The notes under the pieces were generated by a model. That model ran no database searches. It was not told the origin of the DNA and worked only from the letters and a program-made list of their open reading frames with translations. Below are positions 28,813-38,405 of a stretch of DNA of 64,000 nucleotides, one piece after another. The position numbers and the translations under genes were made by a program. The stretch lies in assembly GCA_000146465.1 (NCBI GenBank), contig CP001950.1, one strand, 5' to 3'. Each line of letters starts with the position of its first letter. The stretch's first letter is position 1.

Positions 28813-29235
28813 TTGGTAATTAAAATGGTTTTCTATGAAGCATTCTTTGAGTACTTTTCCAATCTATCCTCCGATAAAGAAATTTTCCATCCAGAACTAT
28901 CCCATATGATTGGAGGCCGATCAATCCTGAAGTTTCCATTTGTTGGTATTAGAAAAGGTATTTCGGGGAATGCAGTTCCCGGACTTGCATTGTCAATGGC
29001 TGTCCTTAAGCCCATTAGTGTTGTGATGCCCAAGGTCCTCACAGATAACCTCTACAAGGGTGCAATGGCGCTTGCTACTCGCCCGTTTTGTGTTGGAGAC
29101 AAAATTAAAATCGACAAATATGATGGACTTGTGAGGGACATAAGCTTTTGGTATGTGACGCTGGAGAGAGGAAAAGGCTATGTGTTCATACCCATGTCCC
29201 ATGTATATAATACTGTTGTTGAGCTGTTCAAATAG
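28813..29235 (+). CDS. Truncated MscS-like mechanosensitive channel protein (pore helix plus beta domain only)
   Basis: Hydrophobic TM3-like helix (AVPGLALSMAVLKPISVVM). It is followed by the MscS beta-domain signature FCVGDKIKIDKYDGLVRDISFWYVTLERGKGYVFIPMSHVYNTVVELF (compare [36 protein letters not shown]). Confidence 0.55.
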   Translation: MVIKMVFYEAFFEYFSNLSSDKEIFHPELSHMIGGRSILKFPFVGIRKGISGNAVPGLALSMAVLKPISVVMPKVLTDNLYKGAMALATRPFCVGDKIKIDKYDGLVRDISFWYVTLERGKGYVFIPMSHVYNTVVELFK

Positions 29236-29297
29236 CTTCAATGATGCTTAAGATGCAAAGCTATCCAGATGGAAACAGGCATCATAATAAATAAGGT

Positions 29298-30824
29298 TTA
29301 TTCTCTTGTTCTTTCTCTGGGCTTGCACTTGACAATTGCATCGCACTTGATTATCATTTGTGCAGCCTCCGATGCAGCAGTAACAACACGATGCTTGATT
29401 CTAAAGCTGTCCACAACCCCAGACTCCTTCATACAACCAACACTTCCGCTACGGACATTTACTCCATAGCTTGTCTTACCAGAGTTGTGCTCGGCCCTCA
29501 GACTTGCCCTTATGCCTTCTCCATCATATCCTCCGTTGTCCGCGAGTATCTTTGGAATTTGCTGCAAAGCATTTGAAAATGCTAAAATGGCTTCACTTTC
29601 AATCCCAGGAACCTCCATGGCATAAGTGTTTAGGTCGACTGCCATTGCCATCTCACTGGACCCTCCTCCATAGACAACACGCGGATCCTGCTTTATCTTC
29701 GACAGAACACATAGTGCATCATGAACACTTCTTTCTGCCTCGTCCAGCATCTCTTTCGATGATCCACACAGGACAATGGTGCTTGCTCCACTCTTCACCC
29801 CGCTAAACTTTATTGCTCTTTCGTTTCCAATGTAAACATTCTTGACATTCTTGCAGGTCCCATAGCATGTTTCATCCATGCTGTCGAACGTACTCAGTAT
29901 CTTTCCTCCAAGCACATTGGAGAGTCTTTCAACCCCATCAAAGTCTGCATGTTCAATGGCTTGGATTCCCTTTATCTTCAGGAGCTGGAGAGGATAATCG
30001 TATATAAGCTGTCTATTAATAAACATATTTATCCCGTTCTGGGAAATCCGCTCCACCTTTTCTTGAATCTTTCCCTTCTCCACCTTCTCCATCTCCTCAA
30101 GCTCCCCCACAGAGCTGACATTGATCTTAGCCCCAAATATCTTAATTTTGTCTTGATCCATGCTGGTGTTGGCTATCAGGATCTTTGGATCGTTCACCTC
30201 CTCTATTCGGACGTCTTTCTTTAGAAGAAACCCATCGTCGAGATATGAGTCCTCGAGCTTCCCAGAACACTTGATCACCTGTACAAGATTCAAGTCGTTC
30301 CTACCCCCAAGGTTCTCAATAGCATTGACACAGATGTTGCAGAACTTCTCCAGATCATACTTCAGAACCTTCGAGCACAGTGTTGTCCTGGCAAGCTTGA
30401 CCAGATCCTCTTTCGATGGGTTGAAGCTAATTCTCTTCAGCACTTCAGAACACCTAGCCTGTGCCATTCTATATCCCTTAAGGATCTTCGTTGGATGCAT
30501 CTCCAGCTTGCTGGCCTCCTTGACAAGTAGACTTGCCAAAATTGCAACAGAAGTCGTCCCATCTCCTTCCTCCCAGTCCTGTCCAGTGCTGGAGTTGATC
30601 AATATCCTTGCAGACGGGCTGTCGATCATCAGGTTCTTGAGAATAAATGCCCCGTCGTTGGTAACATGGACGCTTTGTCCCTTCAGCATCTTAAGCATCC
30701 CCTTTGGTCCAAGGGTTGTCTTCAGTATGTCTCCCACAATATCCGTCCCTGCAAGAATCGTTCTCTTTGCATCATCGCCTTTTTCCTCGGTGGTTCCCAG
30801 ATTTGCATGGCTGAAGATGTTCAT
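29298..30824 (-). CDS. T-complex protein 1 (CCT/TRiC) subunit, beta-like. The track ORF runs to 30950; the probable start is ATG 30824.
   Basis: Group II chaperonin signatures TTLGPKGMLKML, VTNDGAFILK, and GDGTTSVAILASLL. Confidence 0.8.
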   Translation of the reverse strand: MNIFSHANLGTTEEKGDDAKRTILAGTDIVGDILKTTLGPKGMLKMLKGQSVHVTNDGAFILKNLMIDSPSARILINSSTGQDWEEGDGTTSVAILASLLVKEASKLEMHPTKILKGYRMAQARCSEVLKRISFNPSKEDLVKLARTTLCSKVLKYDLEKFCNICVNAIENLGGRNDLNLVQVIKCSGKLEDSYLDDGFLLKKDVRIEEVNDPKILIANTSMDQDKIKIFGAKINVSSVGELEEMEKVEKGKIQEKVERISQNGINMFINRQLIYDYPLQLLKIKGIQAIEHADFDGVERLSNVLGGKILSTFDSMDETCYGTCKNVKNVYIGNERAIKFSGVKSGASTIVLCGSSKEMLDEAERSVHDALCVLSKIKQDPRVVYGGGSSEMAMAVDLNTYAMEVPGIESEAILAFSNALQQIPKILADNGGYDGEGIRASLRAEHNSGKTSYGVNVRSGSVGCMKESGVVDSFRIKHRVVTAASEAAQMIIKCDAIVKCKPRERTRE

Positions 30825-30857
30825 CTGGGGTGAAAATTTTGTTCTTCTTGTAAACCC

Positions 30858-32669
30858 ATGAACGAAGAACTTCCTGTGGCTCCACTTGTTATGAAGCCCA
30901 CAAGAATATACAACTATACTCAGCTGATAGCGTGTCTGAAGGCGAAGCAACAGAAACTGTCAAGATACAAGGCTTCAATACCGCCTAGTCCCTTCAAAGG
31001 TATCCTTGGGCCCAAGCAATGCCAATTTGATGTTGAGGACATAGTTAATGGGTTTCTGCATGAAAAGCTTAGGGCCAGGCAAAGGGAACATGAGAAGTCT
31101 ATGGACAAGATGTTTTCCCAATGTGTCAGGAGACATATTAAGGAGCTGAAGAGGGAAAACGATCTTTTTGTGGTTGGGAACAGCAAGATTGGAGGGAGGA
31201 TCAAGGCTTTGGAAGATGTGTTTGACAAGGATTTTGAAGACAAAGAGGGGGCCAATATCGCTGAAATGGAAGGGAAGGGCAAGTTCTTTGACGATGCTTT
31301 CCTTCTTGACATGTATATGTTTCTTAAGAGACTGAAACCTTCGGACTCCTTTGATCAAGAGATTAAGTTTCTTGGAGATGAATACTTGAGATATGTGGAG
31401 AGGTTTCTAAAGGAGAATGCAGACAAGATTAAAGAGCCACTTTGGGGGGAAGAAGACAAGATTTCTGTTTTTACCAAGCTTCGATATAGCAAGGAGGAAT
31501 ATGGCCTCGAAGTGTATGAGGGGAGATATATGTTTGCAGAGCTCTACACTCTTTTTAGATGTGGACTCTTGGATTCTGCAAAGGGACTTCTTGAGCGATT
31601 CCATGTTTTTTTTGAGCACATTTCACACAGATTCAAAACAAGCTTTGGTAGTTGGATTACCACAAGAACAAAACCGGCAGTTCCTGTCAAGATAGGGGGT
31701 TCTGACGACCTTTTCAAGGCGTTTCTTCTCGGATTGATGGATGAAAAAAGCAGAAGGATGGATGAAAGGATTATTGGCAGCATTGAGGATTTTGTGTGGA
31801 TGAATCTGATCTCGATTAACGAAGGGAGATCTGCCTCTGAGATTTTGAAGATGTTTAGGAACTACCAGAATCCAAAGGGCCTTTTCCTTGCATATGTGAT
31901 GCTTAAGGACTATGATAAAGCAATGAGCTTGATGTTCAAGGGAGACTTCTCTATAATTCCATCTTATTTCATAATGAAAGCCCTCTGTCCTCGATGCAAG
32001 AATAAGAAAGTGTTTGTGGACTTTGTGTTCTTGGCAGCCTCCCGATTTTCATCGACTACAAGAAAGGTCGAAATTATAAGCTCCTTGAAGTCTGTAATAG
32101 AAGGATACTATGAGATAGTTCCCGAAATGATAGTCAAGATGGGGCTATACGATGTACTTGGGATTGATTCTGGAGCCTGTTTATACCTCGATAAGAAAGT
32201 TAACCAGAAAGTTATCGAGATACTGAAAGGAAAGAATGAGAAGAAGAAATTAATCAAGCTCTACTATTTGATTGATGATGAAACACTTGTTGTGGATCTC
32301 ATTAACGAAGCGGTTACCGAGGCAATTCTCTCAGATACGGACATTGACGAATATCTTGAGATTATCGAGTACTATGAAAGGGTGGAATGTACAAGACAGA
32401 CCCGAATGATGTCTGCATTGAAGAGCTTCTACTTGTTCAAAAGAAATCCCTCTCCCTCTACACTTGGAGAAACCCCATTGCTTGACTCAGACTTTGATCT
32501 GACGAACTTCCGATATGTAGTTGAAAAGATTTTTAAGCCAGCATGCGACATTGTGGAGAAGATGGGAGACAACGAGATGGCAAGGACCTTGTTTAAGCTT
32601 TGTGGAGTTCTTGGACTTGGAGACGAGATGTCAAGCTATGCAAACAGACATCTTGTACTACTTATATGA
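30858..32669 (+). CDS. Hypothetical alpha-solenoid protein; possibly nuclear-pore or trafficking related
   Basis: 603-codon ORF that starts 34 bp after the corrected CCT start. No family assignment. Confidence 0.4.
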   Translation: MNEELPVAPLVMKPTRIYNYTQLIACLKAKQQKLSRYKASIPPSPFKGILGPKQCQFDVEDIVNGFLHEKLRARQREHEKSMDKMFSQCVRRHIKELKRENDLFVVGNSKIGGRIKALEDVFDKDFEDKEGANIAEMEGKGKFFDDAFLLDMYMFLKRLKPSDSFDQEIKFLGDEYLRYVERFLKENADKIKEPLWGEEDKISVFTKLRYSKEEYGLEVYEGRYMFAELYTLFRCGLLDSAKGLLERFHVFFEHISHRFKTSFGSWITTRTKPAVPVKIGGSDDLFKAFLLGLMDEKSRRMDERIIGSIEDFVWMNLISINEGRSASEILKMFRNYQNPKGLFLAYVMLKDYDKAMSLMFKGDFSIIPSYFIMKALCPRCKNKKVFVDFVFLAASRFSSTTRKVEIISSLKSVIEGYYEIVPEMIVKMGLYDVLGIDSGACLYLDKKVNQKVIEILKGKNEKKKLIKLYYLIDDETLVVDLINEAVTEAILSDTDIDEYLEIIEYYERVECTRQTRMMSALKSFYLFKRNPSPSTLGETPLLDSDFDLTNFRYVVEKIFKPACDIVEKMGDNEMARTLFKLCGVLGLGDEMSSYANRHLVLLI

Positions 32670-32698
32670 AGGAAGTTTAATGGCCAGGTAATTATTCG

Positions 32699-33733
32699 AT
32701 GTTTCCAGTACCCCATATCCTTATGAAGTTCAACTCTGCCGACTTTCCGATTATGAAGAGGATGTTGGTGGCTCGGGAGGAAGGGATATACTATGAGATG
32801 GAGAAGAACAGCCTGGCCGATACATGGGATAGGTTGCTGGAGTATTACAGCGAAAAGATCCTAGAGGAGCACAAAGAAGAGATTGAAGAAGAGGAGCTTT
32901 ACAGAATACTTTGCAAGGCAAGGGTGGAAGCGGAAACAGGGAGAAGGGTATATGAGCTAATTGATAAAGATGTGCTTGAGACACACAAAGTGAAACCACG
33001 GAGTGTAGACAGGTGTGAATTCAAGACATATATTCTGGACTCGTGCATCAGGATATTAAGAAAGGGGATTTCTGAACTTAAAGATGGGATTGAAAAGGAA
33101 TCAAGAGTCTGGTCAAAAGTGGAAGGAGCTAGCATGCCTGTAAGGCTAGTGAGAGGAAAGGTTCAAGTCTATGTAACAGAGACGGAATATCTAGTAGTGA
33201 ATGAGGAAGGAGACTATGTTTACCCAAGTGATTGGAATGCTCAAGGAGTGACATGCAAGATTAGATATATGGATGTTCATTTGGAATGTTCTGTGCTTCC
33301 AAGGAACAGCATGGATAAGATAGAAATGGTTAAGGAGTACTTTCTTGAAAGATCAATTATTCAGAAATTTATTCGAAATGACATTGAGATCGAGATAACT
33401 CCAATGGAAAATCCTTCGGAAAGGGAAGACATAATCTGCAAGTATGTAGTTTGCCATCTAAAGAGAGGAAAGAGCATCAAAGAGATATTTGAAAAAGTCA
33501 ATCTCTATCTTTCAAGAAAGCTTGTTGATATCATTGTCTCTGGAAGTAAGAAATGCACTGTCTTAAGGTACAGTGGCCATGTTCTTGAGGACGGATTACC
33601 CGAGGTATTTTTTGTACTTACGGATAACAAGGTCGTCAAAGCCATGAGACAACAGCCAGGGAAGTTTGAGATATTTGTAAATGAAGTTCCGATTAGATCC
33701 TTTCGAAATTATATCTCAAGAGAGGAGCCTTGA
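32699..33733 (+). CDS. Hypothetical protein
   Basis: 344-codon ORF. No motif. Confidence 0.4.
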   Translation: MFPVPHILMKFNSADFPIMKRMLVAREEGIYYEMEKNSLADTWDRLLEYYSEKILEEHKEEIEEEELYRILCKARVEAETGRRVYELIDKDVLETHKVKPRSVDRCEFKTYILDSCIRILRKGISELKDGIEKESRVWSKVEGASMPVRLVRGKVQVYVTETEYLVVNEEGDYVYPSDWNAQGVTCKIRYMDVHLECSVLPRNSMDKIEMVKEYFLERSIIQKFIRNDIEIEITPMENPSEREDIICKYVVCHLKRGKSIKEIFEKVNLYLSRKLVDIIVSGSKKCTVLRYSGHVLEDGLPEVFFVLTDNKVVKAMRQQPGKFEIFVNEVPIRSFRNYISREEP

Positions 33734-33900
33734 AGCCTTTACTTCCTAAATCTATGGACCATGCAGGGCTTTGAATAAAGACTTTGGTGTTCAATCTTTT
33801 CTACTTTCTTTGCAAACATCCTGGCCTAATAATAAACCATTTCGGTTGGAACTCGCTTCTTAAGTTGGTGGTTATCTAACTTGAAGTTTACAGCCCAGAG

Positions 33901-34248
33901 ATGATAAGATGTGTCTATACAATGCAAAAGCATAAGAAGCTGAAAACATGGATGGACGGCTTTATAGAACAGAAAGGGAAAAGAATACATCTTTACAACA
34001 CCGACATGGTGAAGATAGACAGTTTGGTTGCTTCTTGTCTAGATAACGAGATGGAGACCCCAAAATACCTTTTGTACATCGAGTCTTTTGAGGATCCTGA
34101 GGAAAATGAGATAAAGCATCAGGAAAATCCTCCTTCTACCTCAAGAACATTGAAAGACAGACCAGAAAAAGACATAGAAGGTAATGTGAAATGTTCTTCA
34201 CCACAAGGAAGGTCTGAAGAGGAGATAATAAATTTGTTTCAAGGGTAA
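33901..34248 (+). CDS. Small hypothetical protein (115 aa)
   Basis: ORF in a spacer. Acidic C-terminus. No motif. Confidence 0.3.
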   Translation: MIRCVYTMQKHKKLKTWMDGFIEQKGKRIHLYNTDMVKIDSLVASCLDNEMETPKYLLYIESFEDPEENEIKHQENPPSTSRTLKDRPEKDIEGNVKCSSPQGRSEEEIINLFQG

Positions 34249-34261
34249 CATGGCTTTATTA

Positions 34262-35011
34262 TTACCTAAGAGTCTTTTCAATACTGCTTTCAAATGAAGA
34301 CACAACCTTTCCATCTATTCCATTCAGTTTTAGATTGTTTCTCTTTTCAAGAACGTGTTCCCTCTGTGCATTGATGTTGGATATGACGTTATCCATCACT
34401 TCCTTGAAGACTCCTATCCTTAGCTTCTTCAATTCGCTTACCACAACAGCAGCAAGCTCTGGAAACCCAATACTCTTTGAAAACACAGACATGTGCTGCA
34501 GAAGAAGAGATCCTGCCTCCTCTATAACAAACATCTGATGCTCTTCGCTTTTTGTCCTACTGGGGTCCGGATTAACCATGTCGTAGCTTATTTTTCTTCC
34601 CTCAACTGAAAGATTCTTTACGGATATGGCATTCTTCAATATTCTGATTATATAGAAGGATAAAGGGACATAAAACTTCGACCCAGCTACAGACTTAATA
34701 GCTCGAAGGCAGAATATCGAATACCGATAATCTTTATATGTTTCTATTATTCCTACCAGAAGCTTTATGTAATCTCTGAAATCAGAGTGCTTTTTTAGAC
34801 ACTTACTTAAAACCTCTATCATAAATGTGATCTTTGAAAGATCTGGGTTTTTGGTTCTGGCATATTTCTCTAAGTAAAATATTTCCGCATCGACATCCTT
34901 CGGATTCAATACATAATTTTGAATGTCCTCGGGAAGTGTTAATGCCTGGGATGTGTATATCTTTGAAAGATAGCTTTCCTCCAATTCCACACCATTGTCC
35001 GTTTGTGTCAT
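34262..35011 (-). CDS. Noc2-family nucleolar protein-like (probable)
   Basis: SIGFPELAAVVVSELKKL resembles the conserved Noc2 motif S-[IV]-AFPEL...LK. Confidence 0.35.
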   Translation of the reverse strand: MTQTDNGVELEESYLSKIYTSQALTLPEDIQNYVLNPKDVDAEIFYLEKYARTKNPDLSKITFMIEVLSKCLKKHSDFRDYIKLLVGIIETYKDYRYSIFCLRAIKSVAGSKFYVPLSFYIIRILKNAISVKNLSVEGRKISYDMVNPDPSRTKSEEHQMFVIEEAGSLLLQHMSVFSKSIGFPELAAVVVSELKKLRIGVFKEVMDNVISNINAQREHVLEKRNNLKLNGIDGKVVSSFESSIEKTLR

Positions 35012-35529
35012 TTTGGGGATTAGAAAATACCAAATATACTCTTAAAATTCCAGAAATGCTTACGTGTTTTGTAAAATCTCAAGGAAGAGCTGATCTTCTC
35101 AAATGTCCACATCTGTCCCCAGAAGGTCCTTTGAAGTAACTTTAGAACTCTTATATTGTTATTTGTCTTTAAGCTGTACTTAATCATCCAACACCCTGAA
35201 TTTGGAACTTCGGAAATATTCCCCCAACCGGTGCCAAATAGAGCAAGAGGTCTTTCTACAAGGAGAGGTGGCAGTCCAGTGGAGGATCTCCTCGAAAACT
35301 ACTTCTGGTTGAGTAGATTCGAGAGTAGCCACTGTTGGTTTGATCCCATCAGACAAAGGGACAGGGTAGATCCTATTTCGTGTGGGCCCTTTGGATGGAA
35401 GGGCCTGGAGAGCAGCGGAGGGCATGTGTTCTCCGGCAATAGAGAGCCCTGGTGAATTCATCGAGTTCCTGAAGCCCCTGATGATCGAAAGTCCTGCAAT
35501 AAAAAAGTTTATTAGATGCATTTGAGACT

Positions 35530-36315
35530 ATGCAGGAAAAGGTAAGTAACTTTGATGACCACATGTGCGATCTGGAAAAGAAGATTAAAGACATCGAAAC
35601 AGCTTTCCAACCCATCCTTCTTTCCAAGGAATCCCACAAAAGATCGTTGCCTGAAGATAGTTTTCTTAAGAACATATATCTTGTGTTGATAATTGTGTTA
35701 TGCATACAGGGTGTTCTCTGGTACACAGACAATGAAAAGTCTTCTGCTGGAACTGTGTGGAACATGGTAGTGTACTCTGTGGCAGTTGTGGGGACGATTC
35801 TGTACATGGCCTGGGTGTGGGGATTTGGCGGAAGGAGATGGACTAGTGTTGCGAGCATGGTACCTATGATGGTTGGATTTCTGAATTTGGGGAAGAGGGT
35901 GAGCTGTGAGTACGGGATGGAGATGGCAGGGCTTGGGTTTATGATGGTTTGTATGGAGAGTCTTGCAAGACACGGGATGTCATCATGGGAGATTTTGGCA
36001 GGATTGATTGGAAATGGAATTGTAGTGATGGGATGGGTCAGTTGGGCTACAATGAGGGATAGATATGGAGAGAGGATGGGCCAGTGGATGTGTGGGGGAC
36101 TTATTGTGTTTGGAATTCTCATGGCTGTGATGATGTATATGAAGGAAGGGAGAAATGTGGAAAGGAGCACTGGAAGTTATATGGTGTTTATTATGACAGT
36201 GGTTGTTGGAACAGCTGTGTCTTATGCATGTGGAGAGGATTACAGACAACTTGCAACTAAGAGGTTGTTCCAAAGACCTCGGATTGTGGAAAGTAAATGC
36301 CAGAATCCAATTTAA
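35530..36315 (+). CDS. Candidate multi-pass membrane protein with a W/G/M-rich composition. Its coding status is uncertain.
   Basis: 261-codon ORF with a hydrophilic coiled-coil-like N-terminus, then 5-6 hydrophobic segments rich in Gly-zipper-like GxxxG/W. A 265-codon antisense ORF also exists. The plus strand is extremely C-poor. Confidence 0.35.
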   Translation: MQEKVSNFDDHMCDLEKKIKDIETAFQPILLSKESHKRSLPEDSFLKNIYLVLIIVLCIQGVLWYTDNEKSSAGTVWNMVVYSVAVVGTILYMAWVWGFGGRRWTSVASMVPMMVGFLNLGKRVSCEYGMEMAGLGFMMVCMESLARHGMSSWEILAGLIGNGIVVMGWVSWATMRDRYGERMGQWMCGGLIVFGILMAVMMYMKEGRNVERSTGSYMVFIMTVVVGTAVSYACGEDYRQLATKRLFQRPRIVESKCQNPI

Positions 36316-36360
36316 TACCCAATTTAGATATGTATTTGTTTCTAGATATAGAACTAGGCA

Positions 36361-37281
36361 TCAAACATCAAAATAAACTTCAAAGTATAAATCTTTGTAC
36401 AAAATCTTTAAGTCATCCTGAGAGATATAATGGATGTTCGTGTGATCAATAAGGCCTAGACCTCCCTTTCGACATATCTCAGACGTAAGCTTCTTTGTAG
36501 CCCTTGAACTCGTCTTGGCTAGTTCTGTGAACATCTCCTTGCTAACAAGAATGTTCAATAGAAACGGCCGTTCTTCAACCACCCTCAGCAAAAAAAATAC
36601 CATCTGCTTATAGTTCTTGTCTATGTATTCCTTGACAAGAGAAATAACCTCTTCGTTGTTAAAGTTGAGTATCCAGTCCAATGGCAAGGTGTTGAACACC
36701 TTCATCTTTTCTTCGGGAAACAATGGATTCATGAGAACCATGCCGAAAAATTCCCTGAACACCTCTGCTTTGCAGCTGAACAGTATGTAGAAGTCCAGAA
36801 ACTCTTTGAATCGTGAGATTCTCTTACCCATTTCCCTGATTACAGATGAAGAGTCTAGTTGGCAGAAGTCTGAATAGAAGAAGTCCTTCAGGAATTTGAG
36901 TCTGTTAAACTCAAAAGGAAGTAGGGTGAAGCCTATCCCACAGTTCGACTTCGAAAGCGCCCATTTTATATCGATCCCTGCATTAGCCTTCTGTCTCTTA
37001 AACACCCTCGATTGGTTTTCTCTTATTCGGCTTTCGATCCTAAGAACATCAACCTCCTTCTTTAGCTTTTCCATCCTTTTCAAGCCGTCTAACACCGTTC
37101 GACTTTTTTGCTCCTTCATAGCAAAGTTCTGCGTTTCCAGTGCAATCATGTTCTGCCTCAGTATCATTATTTCCCCTGTAAGTCTCATGTTTTCTTGCCG
37201 AAGTCTTCCCAGTTCCTTCCCCAGCCTTTCGTCATCTTCATCATCACCACTAAGCACTTCTGATCCTCCAAACCCCCTCAT
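36361..37281 (-). CDS. Hypothetical protein with an N-terminal coiled coil
   Basis: 306-codon ORF. Leucine-zipper-like N-terminal heptads (LGKELGRLRQENMRLTGEIMILRQNMIALETQN). Confidence 0.4.
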   Translation of the reverse strand: MRGFGGSEVLSGDDEDDERLGKELGRLRQENMRLTGEIMILRQNMIALETQNFAMKEQKSRTVLDGLKRMEKLKKEVDVLRIESRIRENQSRVFKRQKANAGIDIKWALSKSNCGIGFTLLPFEFNRLKFLKDFFYSDFCQLDSSSVIREMGKRISRFKEFLDFYILFSCKAEVFREFFGMVLMNPLFPEEKMKVFNTLPLDWILNFNNEEVISLVKEYIDKNYKQMVFFLLRVVEERPFLLNILVSKEMFTELAKTSSRATKKLTSEICRKGGLGLIDHTNIHYISQDDLKILYKDLYFEVYFDV

Positions 37282-37303
37282 TTCTATCTTCTGTTTGAAA
37301 AGA

Positions 37304-38305
37304 TTATCTGCACTCCCCGCCTATGCTTAAGCTTGCCCTTGGAGAGGCTTTACTTATAGGTAGAACAAAAACAAGGTTATCAAGCTCTATCCTATATGAA
37401 AACTTTACGGAAAACAGCTTACAATCAAAAGTAAAACAATCATGTTCAACCCTGAGAGGAACTGCTTTATAGAGACACATGTCCGAGTTGAATTCTTTCA
37501 GGAGCCTCTCCTCGCCATTTGAAACCTCTCCGCTGATAAATTCAGTTACCTCCAGTATTATTCTTGTTTTCTTGGAATTTCTCTTATACCATATCATCAT
37601 CGTATCCTCTTTAACAAGAAGCTTTCCATATTCAACTGTAGCAACCTCTTCCTCATCGTCCTGAACAGTGACTTTGTATCTGTCCTCCTCAACCTCAGAA
37701 CCCTCCATGGATACATAGAAGTATATGTCTCCCTTACTTTCCAGTTTGTACCTCTCCACAACCTCTCTCATGAATCTAGGGAAGTCTTCAAGAAAATGCA
37801 TCTTTCGTCCTACCATCTCCTCAGTTGTTCCATAGTCTTGTCCAGCCTTGTTTCTTAGAAAGTCAACAATCTCCCCGAATGCAGTATCATCCGTGTTTCC
37901 AACCCTAATCATGTCCGAATGGACTATTATGTTTTCCATCTTCTTCAAAGGCTTGAATCCAAACGGATGGACACTAAACATCTTTGTTCTTACTTCTCTC
38001 GTTACTCCATAATATACCTCGACAATTATCGTGTAAACAACCTCCAGGCTTCTCAGTTTCATCGAAGGAAGAGCATCTCTCGGTATGATACATCTGTAAA
38101 CAGTTTCCGAGTCTTCTTTCATCGAAAGTTCAACGGGCTCAGACTCCAGAAATCTAATCTCCTTCCTGTCCATCCTCACAATTCCTGCAATCCTTGCTGC
38201 CAGGAAATCAGGTCTTTTGGATGTCTCCTTGCACTTCCTCCACTTTATGCATGATTTGAACACTCCTCCTGTATAGGCGTCACAAGGCCATATTTCAAAA
38301 TCCAT
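37304..38305 (-). CDS. Hypothetical protein; possibly an arrestin/Vps26-like beta-sandwich
   Basis: 333-codon ORF. Composition suggests alternating beta strands. No firm motif. Confidence 0.35.
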   Translation of the reverse strand: MDFEIWPCDAYTGGVFKSCIKWRKCKETSKRPDFLAARIAGIVRMDRKEIRFLESEPVELSMKEDSETVYRCIIPRDALPSMKLRSLEVVYTIIVEVYYGVTREVRTKMFSVHPFGFKPLKKMENIIVHSDMIRVGNTDDTAFGEIVDFLRNKAGQDYGTTEEMVGRKMHFLEDFPRFMREVVERYKLESKGDIYFYVSMEGSEVEEDRYKVTVQDDEEEVATVEYGKLLVKEDTMMIWYKRNSKKTRIILEVTEFISGEVSNGEERLLKEFNSDMCLYKAVPLRVEHDCFTFDCKLFSVKFSYRIELDNLVFVLPISKASPRASLSIGGECR

Positions 38306-38405
38306 GCTCAGAGAACAACAGGGATTCTAAAGTCAGTTTTTACTTCTTCCTGGATAAGATAGGTAAAGAATCAGATCTAAGTCTTTAATTAAGTGCGTCT
38401 TTGGA

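Noticed and set aside
35325-35360. GGTTTGATCCC, a T-loop-like box suggesting a tRNA
   Set aside because: No acceptor stem complement upstream. Position 56 is T instead of the invariant C. The D-arm cannot be formed.
35540-35551. GTAAGT 12 nt after the ATG of ORF 35530-36315, a possible intron
   Set aside because: No [C/T]TAATTT..AG motif within 60 nt. The reading frame continues uninterrupted through it.
35373-36170. 265-codon minus-strand ORF (P/H/T-rich) antisense to the candidate membrane protein
   Set aside because: Low-complexity translation with a random-looking C-terminal third. Most likely a shadow ORF produced by the extreme strand composition. Kept only as part of the anomaly finding.
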